The position numbers and the translations under genes were made by a program. A DNA stretch of 64,000 bases, taken from the NCBI GenBank assembly GCA_964509075.1, contig CAZDWC010000010.1, forward strand, positions 22,368-86,367. Reading direction: 5' to 3'. Below are positions 48,696 through 59,949 of the stretch, in pieces. Each line of letters starts with the position of its first letter. The first letter of the stretch is position 1. Source of the DNA: an uncultured Pseudomonadales bacterium (GTDB taxonomy: Bacteria > Pseudomonadota > Gammaproteobacteria > Pseudomonadales > UBA7239). Under the pieces are notes generated by a model. The model searched no databases. It was given only the letters and a program-made list of their open reading frames with translations, and was not told the DNA's origin.

Positions 48696-49220
48696 TCAGC
48701 GTGCCAGCGGCCGCTTCGACAGCTTGCGCTGCAGGGTGCGCCGGTGCATACCCAGGGCACGCGCCGTGGCGGAAATATTGTTGTCGCAATCCGCCAGCAC
48801 TTTCTGGATGTGCTCCCATTCCAGCCGCCCCACCGACAAGGGCTGCTCGGGCGGCTCGATGTCCATCGCCTGCTGAGGAGTGCAAAGCGCCGCGAGTATG
48901 CTGTCGGTATCTGCCGGCTTGCACAGGTAATTGATCGCCCCGAGCTTCACCGCTTGCACTGCCGTCTGGATACTGGCATAACCGGTCAGTACCAGCACCT
49001 GCAAATCCGGCCAACGCGCCAGCAAACCCGGTATCAATGGCAGGCTGGAACCTTGCTCGAGCTTCAGATCGAGAATGGCATGTGTGAACGCTTCCTTACC
49101 TGTCAGCATTTCCACTTGCTCGGCACAACTGAACCACTGCACCTCAAAACCGCGCCGCCGCAGCGATTGCTGCAACACGCCGGCAAAGACCTCGTCATCT
49201 TCCAGCAAGAGGATCTTCAT
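48696..49220 (-). CDS. regA: RegA/PrrA/ActR-family response regulator (REC + Fis-type HTH)
   Basis: In ORF 48696-49388(-), start at MKILLLEDDE (ATG 49220). DLKLEQGSS and C-terminal NISATARALGMHRRTLQRKL. Confidence 0.8.
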   Translation of the reverse strand: MKILLLEDDEVFAGVLQQSLRRRGFEVQWFSCAEQVEMLTGKEAFTHAILDLKLEQGSSLPLIPGLLARWPDLQVLVLTGYASIQTAVQAVKLGAINYLCKPADTDSILAALCTPQQAMDIEPPEQPLSVGRLEWEHIQKVLADCDNNISATARALGMHRRTLQRKLSKRPLAR

Positions 49221-50491
49221 ACCTCGCCTCCCGGTACGGCCCGCAAGGGCAGGCGGATGCGAGTCAGCGTGCCGACCGGCCGCCGCGGCTCCAGCTGCAA
49301 GGTGCCGCCAGCGCGCTCGAGACTGGCATGCGACAGCAACAACCCCAGCCCCATACCATGCTCGCTGGGCTGCTGGCGCCCCAGCCATTGCCGTGCCTGC
49401 TCGCTGAAACCGGGGCCATCGTCCTCAATATCAACCTGCAATTGCCGCGCATCCCAGGCAATATGCACCTGCAGCAACGCCCGGCTGGCATCCGCCGCAT
49501 TGTCCAGCACATTGATGATGGCCTGCTCGACCGTCAGCGGCAGCAGAGCCTGCAGCGCTGGCCCTGCCTTGATGTCGAACTGTGCCTGCGCCTCCGGGCG
49601 CAACACCTGCCAGTCGCGCATCAGCTGTTTGACAAACGCATCGATCGCCAGCAGACGATCAGTGCCTGCCTGGTGCTCACGGGCAGTATCCGCCAGCTGG
49701 CGCAGCGACTGCTGGCAGCGCGCCACCTGCTCGCTCATCAGCTGAAGATCCGCCTCCAGCGCCGGCTGGTTACGGTATTCACTTTTCATGTCACCCAGCA
49801 ACACCGCCAGACTGGACAAGGGCGTACCCAACTCATGCGCCGTACCGGCAGCCAGCGTGGCCACCGAGAGGATGTTTTCATCCACCAGTTGCTGTTCGCG
49901 CAGGGTGATGATGTGTTCACGCTGGCGACGCACAGTGTCGGCCATCGTCACCACGAAATGCGTGATCAGCAGCGCGCTGAGACCGAAATTGAGCCACATG
50001 CCCAGCACGTGCCAGCTGAGTGTGCCGCCATGATGATGTTCGTGCGGCGACAACACCTGCAAAGGCTGGTAAAAAAACAGCAAGCTGCTGTAAGCCAGCA
50101 GACAGAATGCCGTGAGCAGTGCAGTGAACCGTCGCGGCAGGGTGGCCGCCGACAGCGCAATCGGCACCAGATAGTAAGAGACAAAGGGATTGGTGGCACC
50201 GCCAGCCATGTACAGCAGCGCCGACAGGATGCAGCAATCCACCAGCAACTGCACAAAAAACGCCTGCTCATCCGGCGCCTGCACCGTGTCGTAGGCACGC
50301 AACAGCCGGCCGTGGCCAATGGCAATCACCAGCAACTGCAGCATCAGCAATGCCAGCAACACATAGAGCTGCACACTGCCCAGCCAGCGATGGGCGAGCA
50401 GCAGCGTCACCGCCTGCGCGATCCATAACAGGACACGCAGGATCTGCAGTTGCTTGAGGTAATAAACAGTGTTTTCGCCGCGCACGTTCAT
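49217..50491 (-). CDS. regB: RegB/PrrB/ActS-family redox-sensing histidine kinase
   Basis: 424 aa, about 6 TM. GGATNPF matches the RegB quinone-site heptapeptide GGxxNPF. H-box TAHELGTPL. 4-nt overlap with regA. Confidence 0.8.
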   Translation of the reverse strand: MNVRGENTVYYLKQLQILRVLLWIAQAVTLLLAHRWLGSVQLYVLLALLMLQLLVIAIGHGRLLRAYDTVQAPDEQAFFVQLLVDCCILSALLYMAGGATNPFVSYYLVPIALSAATLPRRFTALLTAFCLLAYSSLLFFYQPLQVLSPHEHHHGGTLSWHVLGMWLNFGLSALLITHFVVTMADTVRRQREHIITLREQQLVDENILSVATLAAGTAHELGTPLSSLAVLLGDMKSEYRNQPALEADLQLMSEQVARCQQSLRQLADTAREHQAGTDRLLAIDAFVKQLMRDWQVLRPEAQAQFDIKAGPALQALLPLTVEQAIINVLDNAADASRALLQVHIAWDARQLQVDIEDDGPGFSEQARQWLGRQQPSEHGMGLGLLLSHASLERAGGTLQLEPRRPVGTLTRIRLPLRAVPGGEV

Positions 50492-50588
50492 GTCGACATT
50501 ATACGGCGCGGCACGGCGATACCGCCTGCGCCAGATTGTCGCAGCGCGTTGAACACGAGGGGAAACAGGGAGGGAGGATCAGGTGGGG

Positions 50589-50615
50589 AAACTCCCGGCG
50601 ATGCACTGCCGGGAG
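50589..50615 (-). terminator. Possible terminator after hpf
   Basis: The minus strand reads CTCCCGGC-(8 nt)-GCCGGGAG followed by TTTCCCC. Short U-tract. Confidence 0.35.
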
Positions 50616-50627
50616 CGTGGACGAATT

Positions 50628-50918
50628 TCAACGATGGGCTTTCATTTTTTCCTTGTGGCGCACCAGCTGGCGGCTCAGCTTGTCAGCCAGACCATCAATC
50701 GCGGCATACATGTCATCCGCCTCGGCATCCGCAAACAGATCGGCTCCACTCACGTGCATACGCGCCTCGGCCTTCTGCACCTGCTTGTCGACAATCAGGA
50801 TCACCTCGGCTGTCGTGATCTTGTCGTGATGCTTCTCCAGCTTGTCGATCTTGGTGGTGACGTATTCACGCAGGGAGGGGGTAACGTCGAGGTGGTGACC
50901 ACTGATGTTTAATTGCAT
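50628..50918 (-). CDS. hpf: Ribosome hibernation promoting factor (short HPF/YhbH)
   Basis: 96 aa. MQLNISGHHLDVTPSLREYVTTKIDKLEKHHDKI. Confidence 0.9.
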   Translation of the reverse strand: MQLNISGHHLDVTPSLREYVTTKIDKLEKHHDKITTAEVILIVDKQVQKAEARMHVSGADLFADAEADDMYAAIDGLADKLSRQLVRHKEKMKAHR

Positions 50919-51075
50919 AGAACGCTCCTCTGATTAACTGCAATGCCATATTGCATGGCGCGGGTACGACAGTCAAAACATTAGTCAACTGCTTCTGTGC
51001 AGTGTAGACCCATTGATGCCCCTTACGTTCCCCGCTTTCACGTCTCACCCTGCCGCCCTCCAGCGGCAACAGTAT

Positions 51076-52263
51076 TCACACAGACTCTACCTCGCGGTAT
51101 TCCGTGTTGTAGCGATAAGTGTTTTTTTCCAGCTTCGCGCCATACATCGCCGCATCGGCCAGCCGACACAGCCGATCCGGATCGTTGCCATCCTGCGGGT
51201 AGATGGCGACACCAGCGCTGGCGTGAACTCGCACTTCGCGGCCGTCCACATCAATCGGAATCGCCAGTGTGTGCAGCATTTTGGTCATTACCAGTTCGAT
51301 ATCACTGCGCTTCTGAACACCTTGTAAGATCAGCGCAAATTCATCGCCACCCATGCGCGCAGCCACATCGGTGTGGCGAATCACTTCGCGCAGGCGCTGC
51401 GAGGTGATCTTCAGCACCTTGTCGCCGGCGTAGTGACCGAGAGCATCGTTTACCGGTTTGAAGCCGTCGAGATCGATATACACCAGCGCCGCCTGCTGGC
51501 GCTTCTGCGCCGCCTCGCGAATAGCGCCGCGCAGGCGCAGGAAAAACTCCTCGCGGTTAGGCAGGTCAGTGAGCGAGTCGTGACTGGCCTTGAAGGCAAA
51601 GCGCTGGCGCTCCTCCTGCAGCCAACCGTTGAGCTGGGCGTTGACACGCTCGTAGATCACCAGCGCCACCACCACCATGAAACACAGCGTGATCGGCAGC
51701 ACATGGCTCATCATGGACAGCGTGGCGGGATCAGCCCACTGCCAGGCCGTGAAACCCATCTGGCTGGCCACCAGCAGCCCCAGCATGGCGAGAAAGATGA
51801 GGGTAGACCACACGATGCCCGACATCAGGCCACTGAGCGGGAACACGAACACCGGCACCACAATCCACAGCGGCATGATGGGTGAATCGGTATAACCGCC
51901 GGTGAGCAACACCCCGCTCAGCACGGCGATGAACACCGCCGCTGCGGCAATATTGCCGGCGAGCACATAGGAGTGCTGCCAGCGGAATACGGCCAGTGCC
52001 AGCAGATAGAGAACGATGCACTCGGCGGTGATGGCCAGACCTGCCGCCAGGGGTTTCGGCGCCAGATCAGTGCCCAGCCACAGTACCAGTGCGCTGAGCA
52101 CGCTCATGCAAAGATTGGAAAGGATGATGCCGGTGACAATATAGGCGCGGGTGCGCTGGGCGCGATCGGTGCGCACGCCCAGCGGTACAAAGTGATCGAG
52201 GATGCCGAGCCACAGTGCAAAACGCTGCCCGTCGCGGTGCTGGCTCAACAGGGATAGCCTCAT
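51076..52263 (-). CDS. Membrane-anchored diguanylate cyclase (multi-TM N-domain + GGDEF)
   Basis: ORF 51076-52353(-), start at MRLSLLSQ (ATG 52263). I-site RHTD plus MGGDEFA. Confidence 0.85.
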   Translation of the reverse strand: MRLSLLSQHRDGQRFALWLGILDHFVPLGVRTDRAQRTRAYIVTGIILSNLCMSVLSALVLWLGTDLAPKPLAAGLAITAECIVLYLLALAVFRWQHSYVLAGNIAAAAVFIAVLSGVLLTGGYTDSPIMPLWIVVPVFVFPLSGLMSGIVWSTLIFLAMLGLLVASQMGFTAWQWADPATLSMMSHVLPITLCFMVVVALVIYERVNAQLNGWLQEERQRFAFKASHDSLTDLPNREEFFLRLRGAIREAAQKRQQAALVYIDLDGFKPVNDALGHYAGDKVLKITSQRLREVIRHTDVAARMGGDEFALILQGVQKRSDIELVMTKMLHTLAIPIDVDGREVRVHASAGVAIYPQDGNDPDRLCRLADAAMYGAKLEKNTYRYNTEYREVESV

Positions 52264-52466
52264 GAATTCGGGATACCGTGTATCCAGGCGTAGAGCATGC
52301 TGATCGCCGTGAGACCGGTGACAGCAATAGTCAGCACCAGCATCAACAGCCACGGCCGGAAAGGCTTGCGCTCGTGGCGATGTACCGGCGAATTGAGATA
52401 TTCGGCGACGCGCGCCATATCCTCGTCGGACAGTTTCTTGTGGGGCATTTCAGGAGAGGCAGTCAT
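52260..52466 (-). CDS. Small single-TM protein (DUF3094-like from memory)
   Basis: ORF 52260-52496(-), start at MTASPEMPHKKLSDEDMARVAEYLNSPVH (ATG 52466). C-terminal TM. ATGA overlap with the cyclase gene. Confidence 0.5.
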   Translation of the reverse strand: MTASPEMPHKKLSDEDMARVAEYLNSPVHRHERKPFRPWLLMLVLTIAVTGLTAISMLYAWIHGIPNS

Positions 52467-52567
52467 GAGCTGATCATTTCTTGAACGATATGCCAACGCT
52501 ACTGTGGCCCCACGGGCAAGTCAACCGGCCAGACGCGGCCTGTCGGCAGCGCATCGACTTTTGCAGC

Positions 52568-53260
52568 TCAGTCGCGCTCGCCGAAAATATCCGTGCCCAC
52601 CCGCACCAGCGTACTGCCGGCGGCGATCGCCAGCTCCAGATCGGCCGACATACCCATCGACAGCGTATCCAGTGGCAACTGCGGGAATTCGGCTTGCAGC
52701 GCCTGCAGGCAGGCAGCCGTGCGCTGGAAGCTGGCGAGCGTGTCGGCTTCGGGTTGCCCCGGCCGCGGTATCACCATCAGGCCGCGCACACGGAGGCGAT
52801 CCAGCGGCAACAGCTGGCGCACGAAGCCACTGACATCATCGACAGCGAGACCGGACTTGCTGCCCTCGTCATCGATGTTGACCTGCACGCAGACATCAAG
52901 CGGAGGCAGCGCGGCCGGGCGCTGCGCGTGCAGGCGCTCGGCGATCTTCAAGCGATCGAGGCTGTGCAGCCAGTGGAAATGCTCCGCCACCAGGCGCGTC
53001 TTGTTCGATTGCAGCGGGCCAATGAAATGCCAGACCAGAGGCAGATCGGCCAGCGCACACAGCTTTGCTTGCGCTTCCTGCACATAGTTTTCACCGAAAT
53101 GCTGCTGGCCTGCGTGCTCATATGCCTCGCGTATTGCTTCGGCAGGCCGCGTCTTGCTGACAGCCAGCAGCGTGACTTCGGTCACATCGCGCCGGCTTTT
53201 CTGCGCTGCTTGTTGAATACGGCTGCGCACCGAGGCTATATTGGCGAGGATGTTTGTCAT
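52568..53260 (-). CDS. yggS: PLP-binding homeostasis protein YggS
   Basis: ORF 52568-53500(-), start at MTNILANIASV (ATG 53260). LLAVSKTRP and HFGENYVQE. Divergent from pilT as in Pseudomonas. Confidence 0.88.
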   Translation of the reverse strand: MTNILANIASVRSRIQQAAQKSRRDVTEVTLLAVSKTRPAEAIREAYEHAGQQHFGENYVQEAQAKLCALADLPLVWHFIGPLQSNKTRLVAEHFHWLHSLDRLKIAERLHAQRPAALPPLDVCVQVNIDDEGSKSGLAVDDVSGFVRQLLPLDRLRVRGLMVIPRPGQPEADTLASFQRTAACLQALQAEFPQLPLDTLSMGMSADLELAIAAGSTLVRVGTDIFGERD

Positions 53261-53323
53261 GGGTGCTGTACCGATATTGGTCTGCAGCATCCGAAGTTCA
53301 GAAAAATACTGCGGGTCTTCATC

Positions 53324-54358
53324 ATGGATATTACCGAACTGCTGGCGTTCAGCGCCAAACAAGGCGCCTCCGACCTTCACTTGTCTGCGGGTCTGCCGCC
53401 GATGATTCGTGTGGATGGCGACGTGCGCCGCATCAACTTGCCGGCGCTGGAGCACAAGCAGGTACACGGCCTGATCTACGACATTATGAATGACAAGCAA
53501 CGCAAGGACTACGAGGAATTCTGGGAAACCGATTTCTCGTTTGAAGTGCCGGGCGTCGCGCGTTTTCGCGTCAACGCCTTCAACCAGAACCGCGGCGCTG
53601 GCGCCGTATTCCGTACCATTCCGTCAAAAGTATTGACGATGGAAGAACTGGGCATGGGCCAGGTGTTCAAGGATCTCGCGCACATCCCGCGCGGCCTGAT
53701 TCTGGTGACAGGCCCCACCGGTTCCGGCAAATCGACCACGCTCGCCGCGATGATCGACTACATCAACGACAACAAGTACGAACACATTCTCACCATCGAA
53801 GACCCGATCGAATTCGTGCACCAGAGCAAGAAATGTCTGGTGAACCAGCGTGAAGTACACCGCGACACACTCGGCTTCAACGAAGCCCTGCGCTCGGCAC
53901 TGCGGGAAGATCCGGACATCATCCTCGTCGGCGAGATGCGCGACCTGGAGACGATTCGTCTGGCACTGACTGCCGCCGAAACCGGTCACTTGGTATTTGG
54001 CACATTGCACACCACCTCTGCCGCCAAAACCATCGACCGCGTGGTCGACGTATTCCCGGCCGAGGAAAAATCCATGGTGCGCTCGATGCTGTCGGAATCG
54101 CTGCAGGGTGTTATTTCACAGTCGCTGCTGAAGAAAAACGGTGGCGGTCGTGTAGCGGCACACGAAATCATGCGCGGCACACCGGCGATCCGCAACCTGA
54201 TTCGCGAAGACAAGATCGCGCAAATGTATTCTGCCATCCAGACGGGCGGCGCCATCGGCATGCAGACGCTCGACCAATGCCTCACCAATCTGGTTGCCAA
54301 AGGCGTGATCACGCGCGATGCCGCGCGCGAGAAAGCCAAAATTCCGGAAAACTTCTGA
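53324..54358 (+). CDS. pilT: Type IV pilus retraction ATPase PilT
   Basis: In ORF 52481-54358(+), start at MDITELLAFSAKQGASDLHL (ATG 53324). GPTGSGKST, AHEIMRGTPAIRNLIRE. Confidence 0.93.
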   Translation: MDITELLAFSAKQGASDLHLSAGLPPMIRVDGDVRRINLPALEHKQVHGLIYDIMNDKQRKDYEEFWETDFSFEVPGVARFRVNAFNQNRGAGAVFRTIPSKVLTMEELGMGQVFKDLAHIPRGLILVTGPTGSGKSTTLAAMIDYINDNKYEHILTIEDPIEFVHQSKKCLVNQREVHRDTLGFNEALRSALREDPDIILVGEMRDLETIRLALTAAETGHLVFGTLHTTSAAKTIDRVVDVFPAEEKSMVRSMLSESLQGVISQSLLKKNGGGRVAAHEIMRGTPAIRNLIREDKIAQMYSAIQTGGAIGMQTLDQCLTNLVAKGVITRDAAREKAKIPENF

Positions 54359-54470
54359 TTCCCGGAACCTCCAATCTCTGAAAAAAACCTGACCACGGAA
54401 CAGCATCAAGCAGCGCGAGGCATACATGACGACGGGTGCAGCAACTACGCCACCATCAGGCGGCGGCGGA

Positions 54471-55622
54471 ATGGATATCAGTAAACTCCTTGCACTGATG
54501 GTGGAAAAAGGTGCGTCGGACTTGTTCCTGACCGCTGGCGTTGCGCCGTCCATCAAACTGCACGGCAAAGTGGTACCGGTGACCAGCACGCCGCTGACGC
54601 CGGAAAAAACCCGCGAAATCGTGCTCAGCCTGATGAACGATAAACAGCGCGAAGAGTTTCTGGAGAACCTGGAACTCAATTTCGCGGTTTCTGCGCGCGG
54701 CATCGGTCGTTTTCGCGCCAATGCCTTTTTCCAGCGCAACCTGATGGGCGCGGTGTTGCGTCGCATCGAAACCAACATCCCGCAAATTGATGATCTCGGC
54801 TTGCCGGAAATCATCAAGGAGCTGGCGATGACCAAGCGCGGCCTCGTCATCTTCGTGGGCGCAACCGGCACCGGTAAATCCACGTCGCTGGCGTCGATGA
54901 TCGGCCACCGCAACCGCAATTCGAAAGGCCACATCATCTCGATTGAAGATCCCATCGAGTTCATCCACCAGCACGCTGGCTGTATCGTCACCCAGCGCGA
55001 AGTGGGCATCGACACCGACTCCTTTGAAACCGCGCTGAAAAACACACTGCGTCAGGCGCCCGATGTCATTCTCATCGGCGAGGTGCGCTCGCGCGAGACC
55101 ATGGATCATGCCATCGCCTTCGCCGAAACCGGCCACTTGTGCCTGTGCACCCTGCACGCCAACACCGCCAACCAGGCGCTGGATCGTATCATTCACTTCT
55201 TCCCGGCCGATCGCCACAGCCAGTTGTGGATGGACTTGTCGCTGAACCTGAAAGCCATCGTCGCCCAGCAGCTGGTGCCGACCCCGGACGGCCAGGGCCG
55301 CCGCGCGGTCATCGAAGTGCTGCTGAACACGCCGCTGGCGTCCGACCTGATCCGCAAGGCCGAAGTACACGGCCTGAAGGAGCTGATGAAGAAATCCACC
55401 GAACAGGGCATGCAGACCTTTGACCAGGCTTTGTACTATCTGTACGACGCCGGCGAGATCACCTACGAAGATGCCCTGCTGCACGCCGATTCGCCCAACG
55501 ACCTGCGCTTGATGATCAAGCTGGCCTCCGAGAATCACGGTACGCTGCAGACAGGTCTCAGCCTCGAGCAGACCGAAGACGACAAGAACCCCTTCGGCGG
55601 TGGCATGCTGCGCCGGCGTTGA
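54471..55622 (+). CDS. pilU: Type IV pilus ATPase PilU
   Basis: ORF 54426-55622(+). Start preferred at MDISKLLALMVEKGASDLFL (ATG 54471). GATGTGKST. An earlier ATG at 54426 is possible. Confidence 0.88.
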   Translation: MDISKLLALMVEKGASDLFLTAGVAPSIKLHGKVVPVTSTPLTPEKTREIVLSLMNDKQREEFLENLELNFAVSARGIGRFRANAFFQRNLMGAVLRRIETNIPQIDDLGLPEIIKELAMTKRGLVIFVGATGTGKSTSLASMIGHRNRNSKGHIISIEDPIEFIHQHAGCIVTQREVGIDTDSFETALKNTLRQAPDVILIGEVRSRETMDHAIAFAETGHLCLCTLHANTANQALDRIIHFFPADRHSQLWMDLSLNLKAIVAQQLVPTPDGQGRRAVIEVLLNTPLASDLIRKAEVHGLKELMKKSTEQGMQTFDQALYYLYDAGEITYEDALLHADSPNDLRLMIKLASENHGTLQTGLSLEQTEDDKNPFGGGMLRRR

Positions 55623-55687
55623 GCCGGGCAGCACCTCGCCAGATTCCCCATTGACGGCTATACCTTGTAGGCTTGATTGCGCCATTA

Positions 55688-55710
55688 AAGATATATAATA
55701 TTTATATCTT
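55688..55710 (+). promoter_or_regulatory. 23-bp AT-rich palindrome (11-1-11), NsrR/Rrf2-type operator candidate
   Basis: AAGATATATAA-T-ATTTATATCTT. The outer AAGAT/ATCTT arms are as in the NsrR consensus I recall. 37 nt upstream of the truncated-haemoglobin ATG. Confidence 0.45.
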
Positions 55711-55746
55711 AATATTCCTCTGTCACTCCCACAGGAGCACCACCTC

Positions 55747-56103
55747 ATGAGCACACTGTATGAACGTCTGGGCGGCGAAGCTGCCGTCAATGCAGCCGTG
55801 GACATCTTCTACAAGAAGGTGCTGGCCGATGAACGCATCAATCATTTCTTCCAGAATCTCGACATGGTCGCGCAGGCCAACAAGCAGAAGGCCTTCCTGA
55901 CCATGGCTTTTGGCGGCCCGCACAACTATTCGGGCAAGGACATGCGCGTCGGGCATGCCCACCTGGCTCTCAATGAAGGCCACTTCAACGCCGTAGTGGA
56001 GTTGTTGGCCGCAACCCTGAAAGAACTGGGCGTCGGCGATAGCGACATCGGCGAGGTGGCGAAGATCGCAAACAGCGTGAAAGACGACGTGCTCAATCGC
56101 TGA
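55747..56103 (+). CDS. glbN: Group I truncated haemoglobin (trHbN)
   Basis: 118 aa. MSTLYERLGGEAAVNAAVDIFYKKVLADERINHFF and MRVGHAHL (proximal His). Confidence 0.88.
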   Translation: MSTLYERLGGEAAVNAAVDIFYKKVLADERINHFFQNLDMVAQANKQKAFLTMAFGGPHNYSGKDMRVGHAHLALNEGHFNAVVELLAATLKELGVGDSDIGEVAKIANSVKDDVLNR

Positions 56104-56190
56104 GCACGGCAACTTGCCTGACTGCGGTAAACCCCTGCAGCCAGGCCGGAACTCTCGTTGTGATATTTTTGTCCTACGGTACAGCTGGGG

Positions 56191-56220
56191 CTTGTAAACA
56201 GGCTCCAGCATACCCATAGT
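56191..56220 (+). promoter_or_regulatory. Sigma-32-like heat-shock promoter for htpX
   Basis: CTTGTAA-N14-ACCCATAGT versus consensus CTTGAAA-N13-15-CCCCATNT. 31 nt upstream of the htpX ATG. Confidence 0.4.
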
Positions 56221-56250
56221 GGGCTTAGACGTTCATCAACGAGGAGCATC

Positions 56251-57129
56251 ATGAAACGTATCGGTCTTTTTCTGCTGACCAACCTGGCTGTCATGCTGGT
56301 GTTGGGTCTGGTACTCAGCTTTCTGCAATCCTATCTCGGCATTTCGAGCAACAGCACAGCTGGCTTGCTGCTGATCGCATTTGTGTTCGGCATGGGTGGC
56401 TCAATCATCTCACTGCTGATGTCCAAATGGATGGCGCTGCGCAGCACCGGTGCCGAAATCATCCAGCATCCGCACACGCCCAGCGAAGCCTGGCTGCTGG
56501 ACACCGTAAAGCGTCATGCACAACAAGCGGGTATCGGCGTTCCCGATGTGGCGATCTACCGCTCGCCTGACGTCAACGCCTTTGCCACCGGCGCCAGCCG
56601 CGATAAGGCGCTGGTAGCCGTGTCTACCGGCTTGCTGAACTCCATGACCCGAGAAGAGGCAGAGGCTGTCATCGGTCATGAAATTTCGCACGTCGCCAAT
56701 GGCGACATGGTGACCTTGACGCTGATCCAGGGCGTGGTCAACACCTTCGTGATTTTCGTGGCACGCGTGGTCGCCCAGGCATTGAACACTTTCCTCGGCG
56801 GTCGCGACCGTGAAGGCGGCCTGGGTGTTATCGGCTACATGGCCACGGTGTTTGTGCTGGAGATGGTATTCGGCATTCTGGCCAGCATGATCGTCGCCTG
56901 GTTCTCGCGCCAGCGCGAATACCGCGCCGATGCCGGCGGTGCCGCTCTGGCCGGCCGCGAGAAAATGATCGCTGCGCTGGAGCGCCTTAAGCTGTCGCAT
57001 GAAAGTTCACTGCAAGGCCAGCTGACGGCTTTCGGCATCAACGGCAAAACCTCGATGGCAGAGATGTTCATGAGCCACCCGCCGCTGGAAAAACGCATTG
57101 CCGCCCTGCGCAACAGCGCCAGCTTCTGA
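56251..57129 (+). CDS. htpX: Membrane zinc protease HtpX (M48)
   Basis: 292 aa. [15 protein letters not shown] and [10 protein letters not shown] (HExxH). Confidence 0.93.
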   Translation: MKRIGLFLLTNLAVMLVLGLVLSFLQSYLGISSNSTAGLLLIAFVFGMGGSIISLLMSKWMALRSTGAEIIQHPHTPSEAWLLDTVKRHAQQAGIGVPDVAIYRSPDVNAFATGASRDKALVAVSTGLLNSMTREEAEAVIGHEISHVANGDMVTLTLIQGVVNTFVIFVARVVAQALNTFLGGRDREGGLGVIGYMATVFVLEMVFGILASMIVAWFSRQREYRADAGGAALAGREKMIAALERLKLSHESSLQGQLTAFGINGKTSMAEMFMSHPPLEKRIAALRNSASF

Positions 57130-57155
57130 ACTCCAGCACTCTTTTCATCGCCTAC

Positions 57156-57186
57156 AAAAAAAGCCCCGCATAGCGGGGCTTTTTTA
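57156..57186. terminator. Bidirectional rho-independent terminator between htpX and the FKBP gene
   Basis: AAAAAA-AGCCCCG-catag-CGGGGCT-TTTTT. Confidence 0.8.
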
Positions 57187-57205
57187 TACAGCGGAAATCG
57201 CCGCT

Positions 57206-57973
57206 TTACTTCTTGTCAGCTGCCGCTTCAGGCACGCCGACTTTCAGCAATTCCACTTCGAAAATCAGCGTGGCATTGGGGCCGATCGGGCCGCCAGTGC
57301 CGCCCGGGCCGTAGGCGAGATCCGACGGGATGACGATTTTCCACTTCGAGCCTTCCGGCATGAGCTGCAGCGCTTCAATCCAGCCCGGGATCACAGCATT
57401 GAGCGCAAAGGTAGCGGGCTCGTTGCGCTTGTAGGAGCTGTCGAACTCGGTGCCATCGAGCAGAGTGCCCTTGTAGTGCACCGTCACCGTGTCGCTCTCT
57501 TTCGGCTTGGCGCCTTTACCTTCGGTGATCACTTCATACTGCAGGCCGCTGGCAGTGGTGGTCACGCCGGCCTTGGCCTTGTTTTCAGCCAGGAATTTTT
57601 CGCCATCCTGCTTGTTCTTGTCAGCCAGTTTGTCCTGTTCGGCTTTGCGGGCGACTTCGGCCTCTTCCTGTTTTTTCTGCATGTCGGCCTGGAAGGCCTT
57701 CATGGTTTCCTGGATCTGCTCTTTGCTCAGTTTCGGCTCACTGCCATCGGTCGCGGTTTTGATGCCTTCAACAAAGCTGGCTTGATCCAGCGGTACATTG
57801 TTGGATTTGAACTGGCTGCCGATATTCATGCCGAGGATGTAGCTGACTTTCTGTTCCTGTGTGCTCAGCGCGCCTGCAGGTGCGGCGGCGGCAGCTGCCG
57901 GTTTTTCTTCTTTTTTACAGGCGTTGAGCGCGAGCAAGCTGGCTGCGACAACAATGAGCGTGCGAGTTTTCAT
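57206..57973 (-). CDS. FKBP-type peptidyl-prolyl isomerase (FkpA/Mip-like), lipoprotein form
   Basis: ORF 57206-58048(-), start at MKTRTLIVVAASLLALNAC (ATG 57973, lipobox). C-terminal VIPGWIEALQLMPEGSKWKIVIPSDLAYG. Confidence 0.85.
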   Translation of the reverse strand: MKTRTLIVVAASLLALNACKKEEKPAAAAAAPAGALSTQEQKVSYILGMNIGSQFKSNNVPLDQASFVEGIKTATDGSEPKLSKEQIQETMKAFQADMQKKQEEAEVARKAEQDKLADKNKQDGEKFLAENKAKAGVTTTASGLQYEVITEGKGAKPKESDTVTVHYKGTLLDGTEFDSSYKRNEPATFALNAVIPGWIEALQLMPEGSKWKIVIPSDLAYGPGGTGGPIGPNATLIFEVELLKVGVPEAAADKK

Positions 57974-58063
57974 GTGGGTGTATTCCCTTGTGGCGGTGAC
58001 AAATGAAGCGGCGATCATACAGTGCGCACCCGCTGGCGGGAAGCGCACCGTGATGGCGGCAAA

Positions 58064-59789
<1,726 letters not shown>

Positions 59790-59949
59790 GCTCCCCCCGT
59801 ATGTGGACGGCATTCTACCCGCAGCCACTCACCGGCTGCACGCCCTGCCCGCAAATGGCCGGGATTGCTGCGCCATACGCCCTGCAAATACCTTACAATG
59901 CCGGCCTTTGCGAGAGCGGATCAGCCTCGCACAACCCTGCTACCACGGA

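Noticed and set aside
50930-50975. TGCAAT/ATTGCA and GCCAT/ATGGC repeats upstream of hpf that superficially resemble sigma-54 elements
   Set aside because: No GG-N10-GC arrangement exists in the direction of hpf transcription, so I cannot support a -24/-12 promoter. This may be an unrelated operator.
54456-55805. 449-aa minus-strand ORF opposite pilU
   Set aside because: Shadow frame of pilU. The same reasoning applies to 48507-49745, 49328-50428, 15006-16346, 13489-14661, 24021-24788, 24828-25955, 58575-59612 and similar ORFs in the track.
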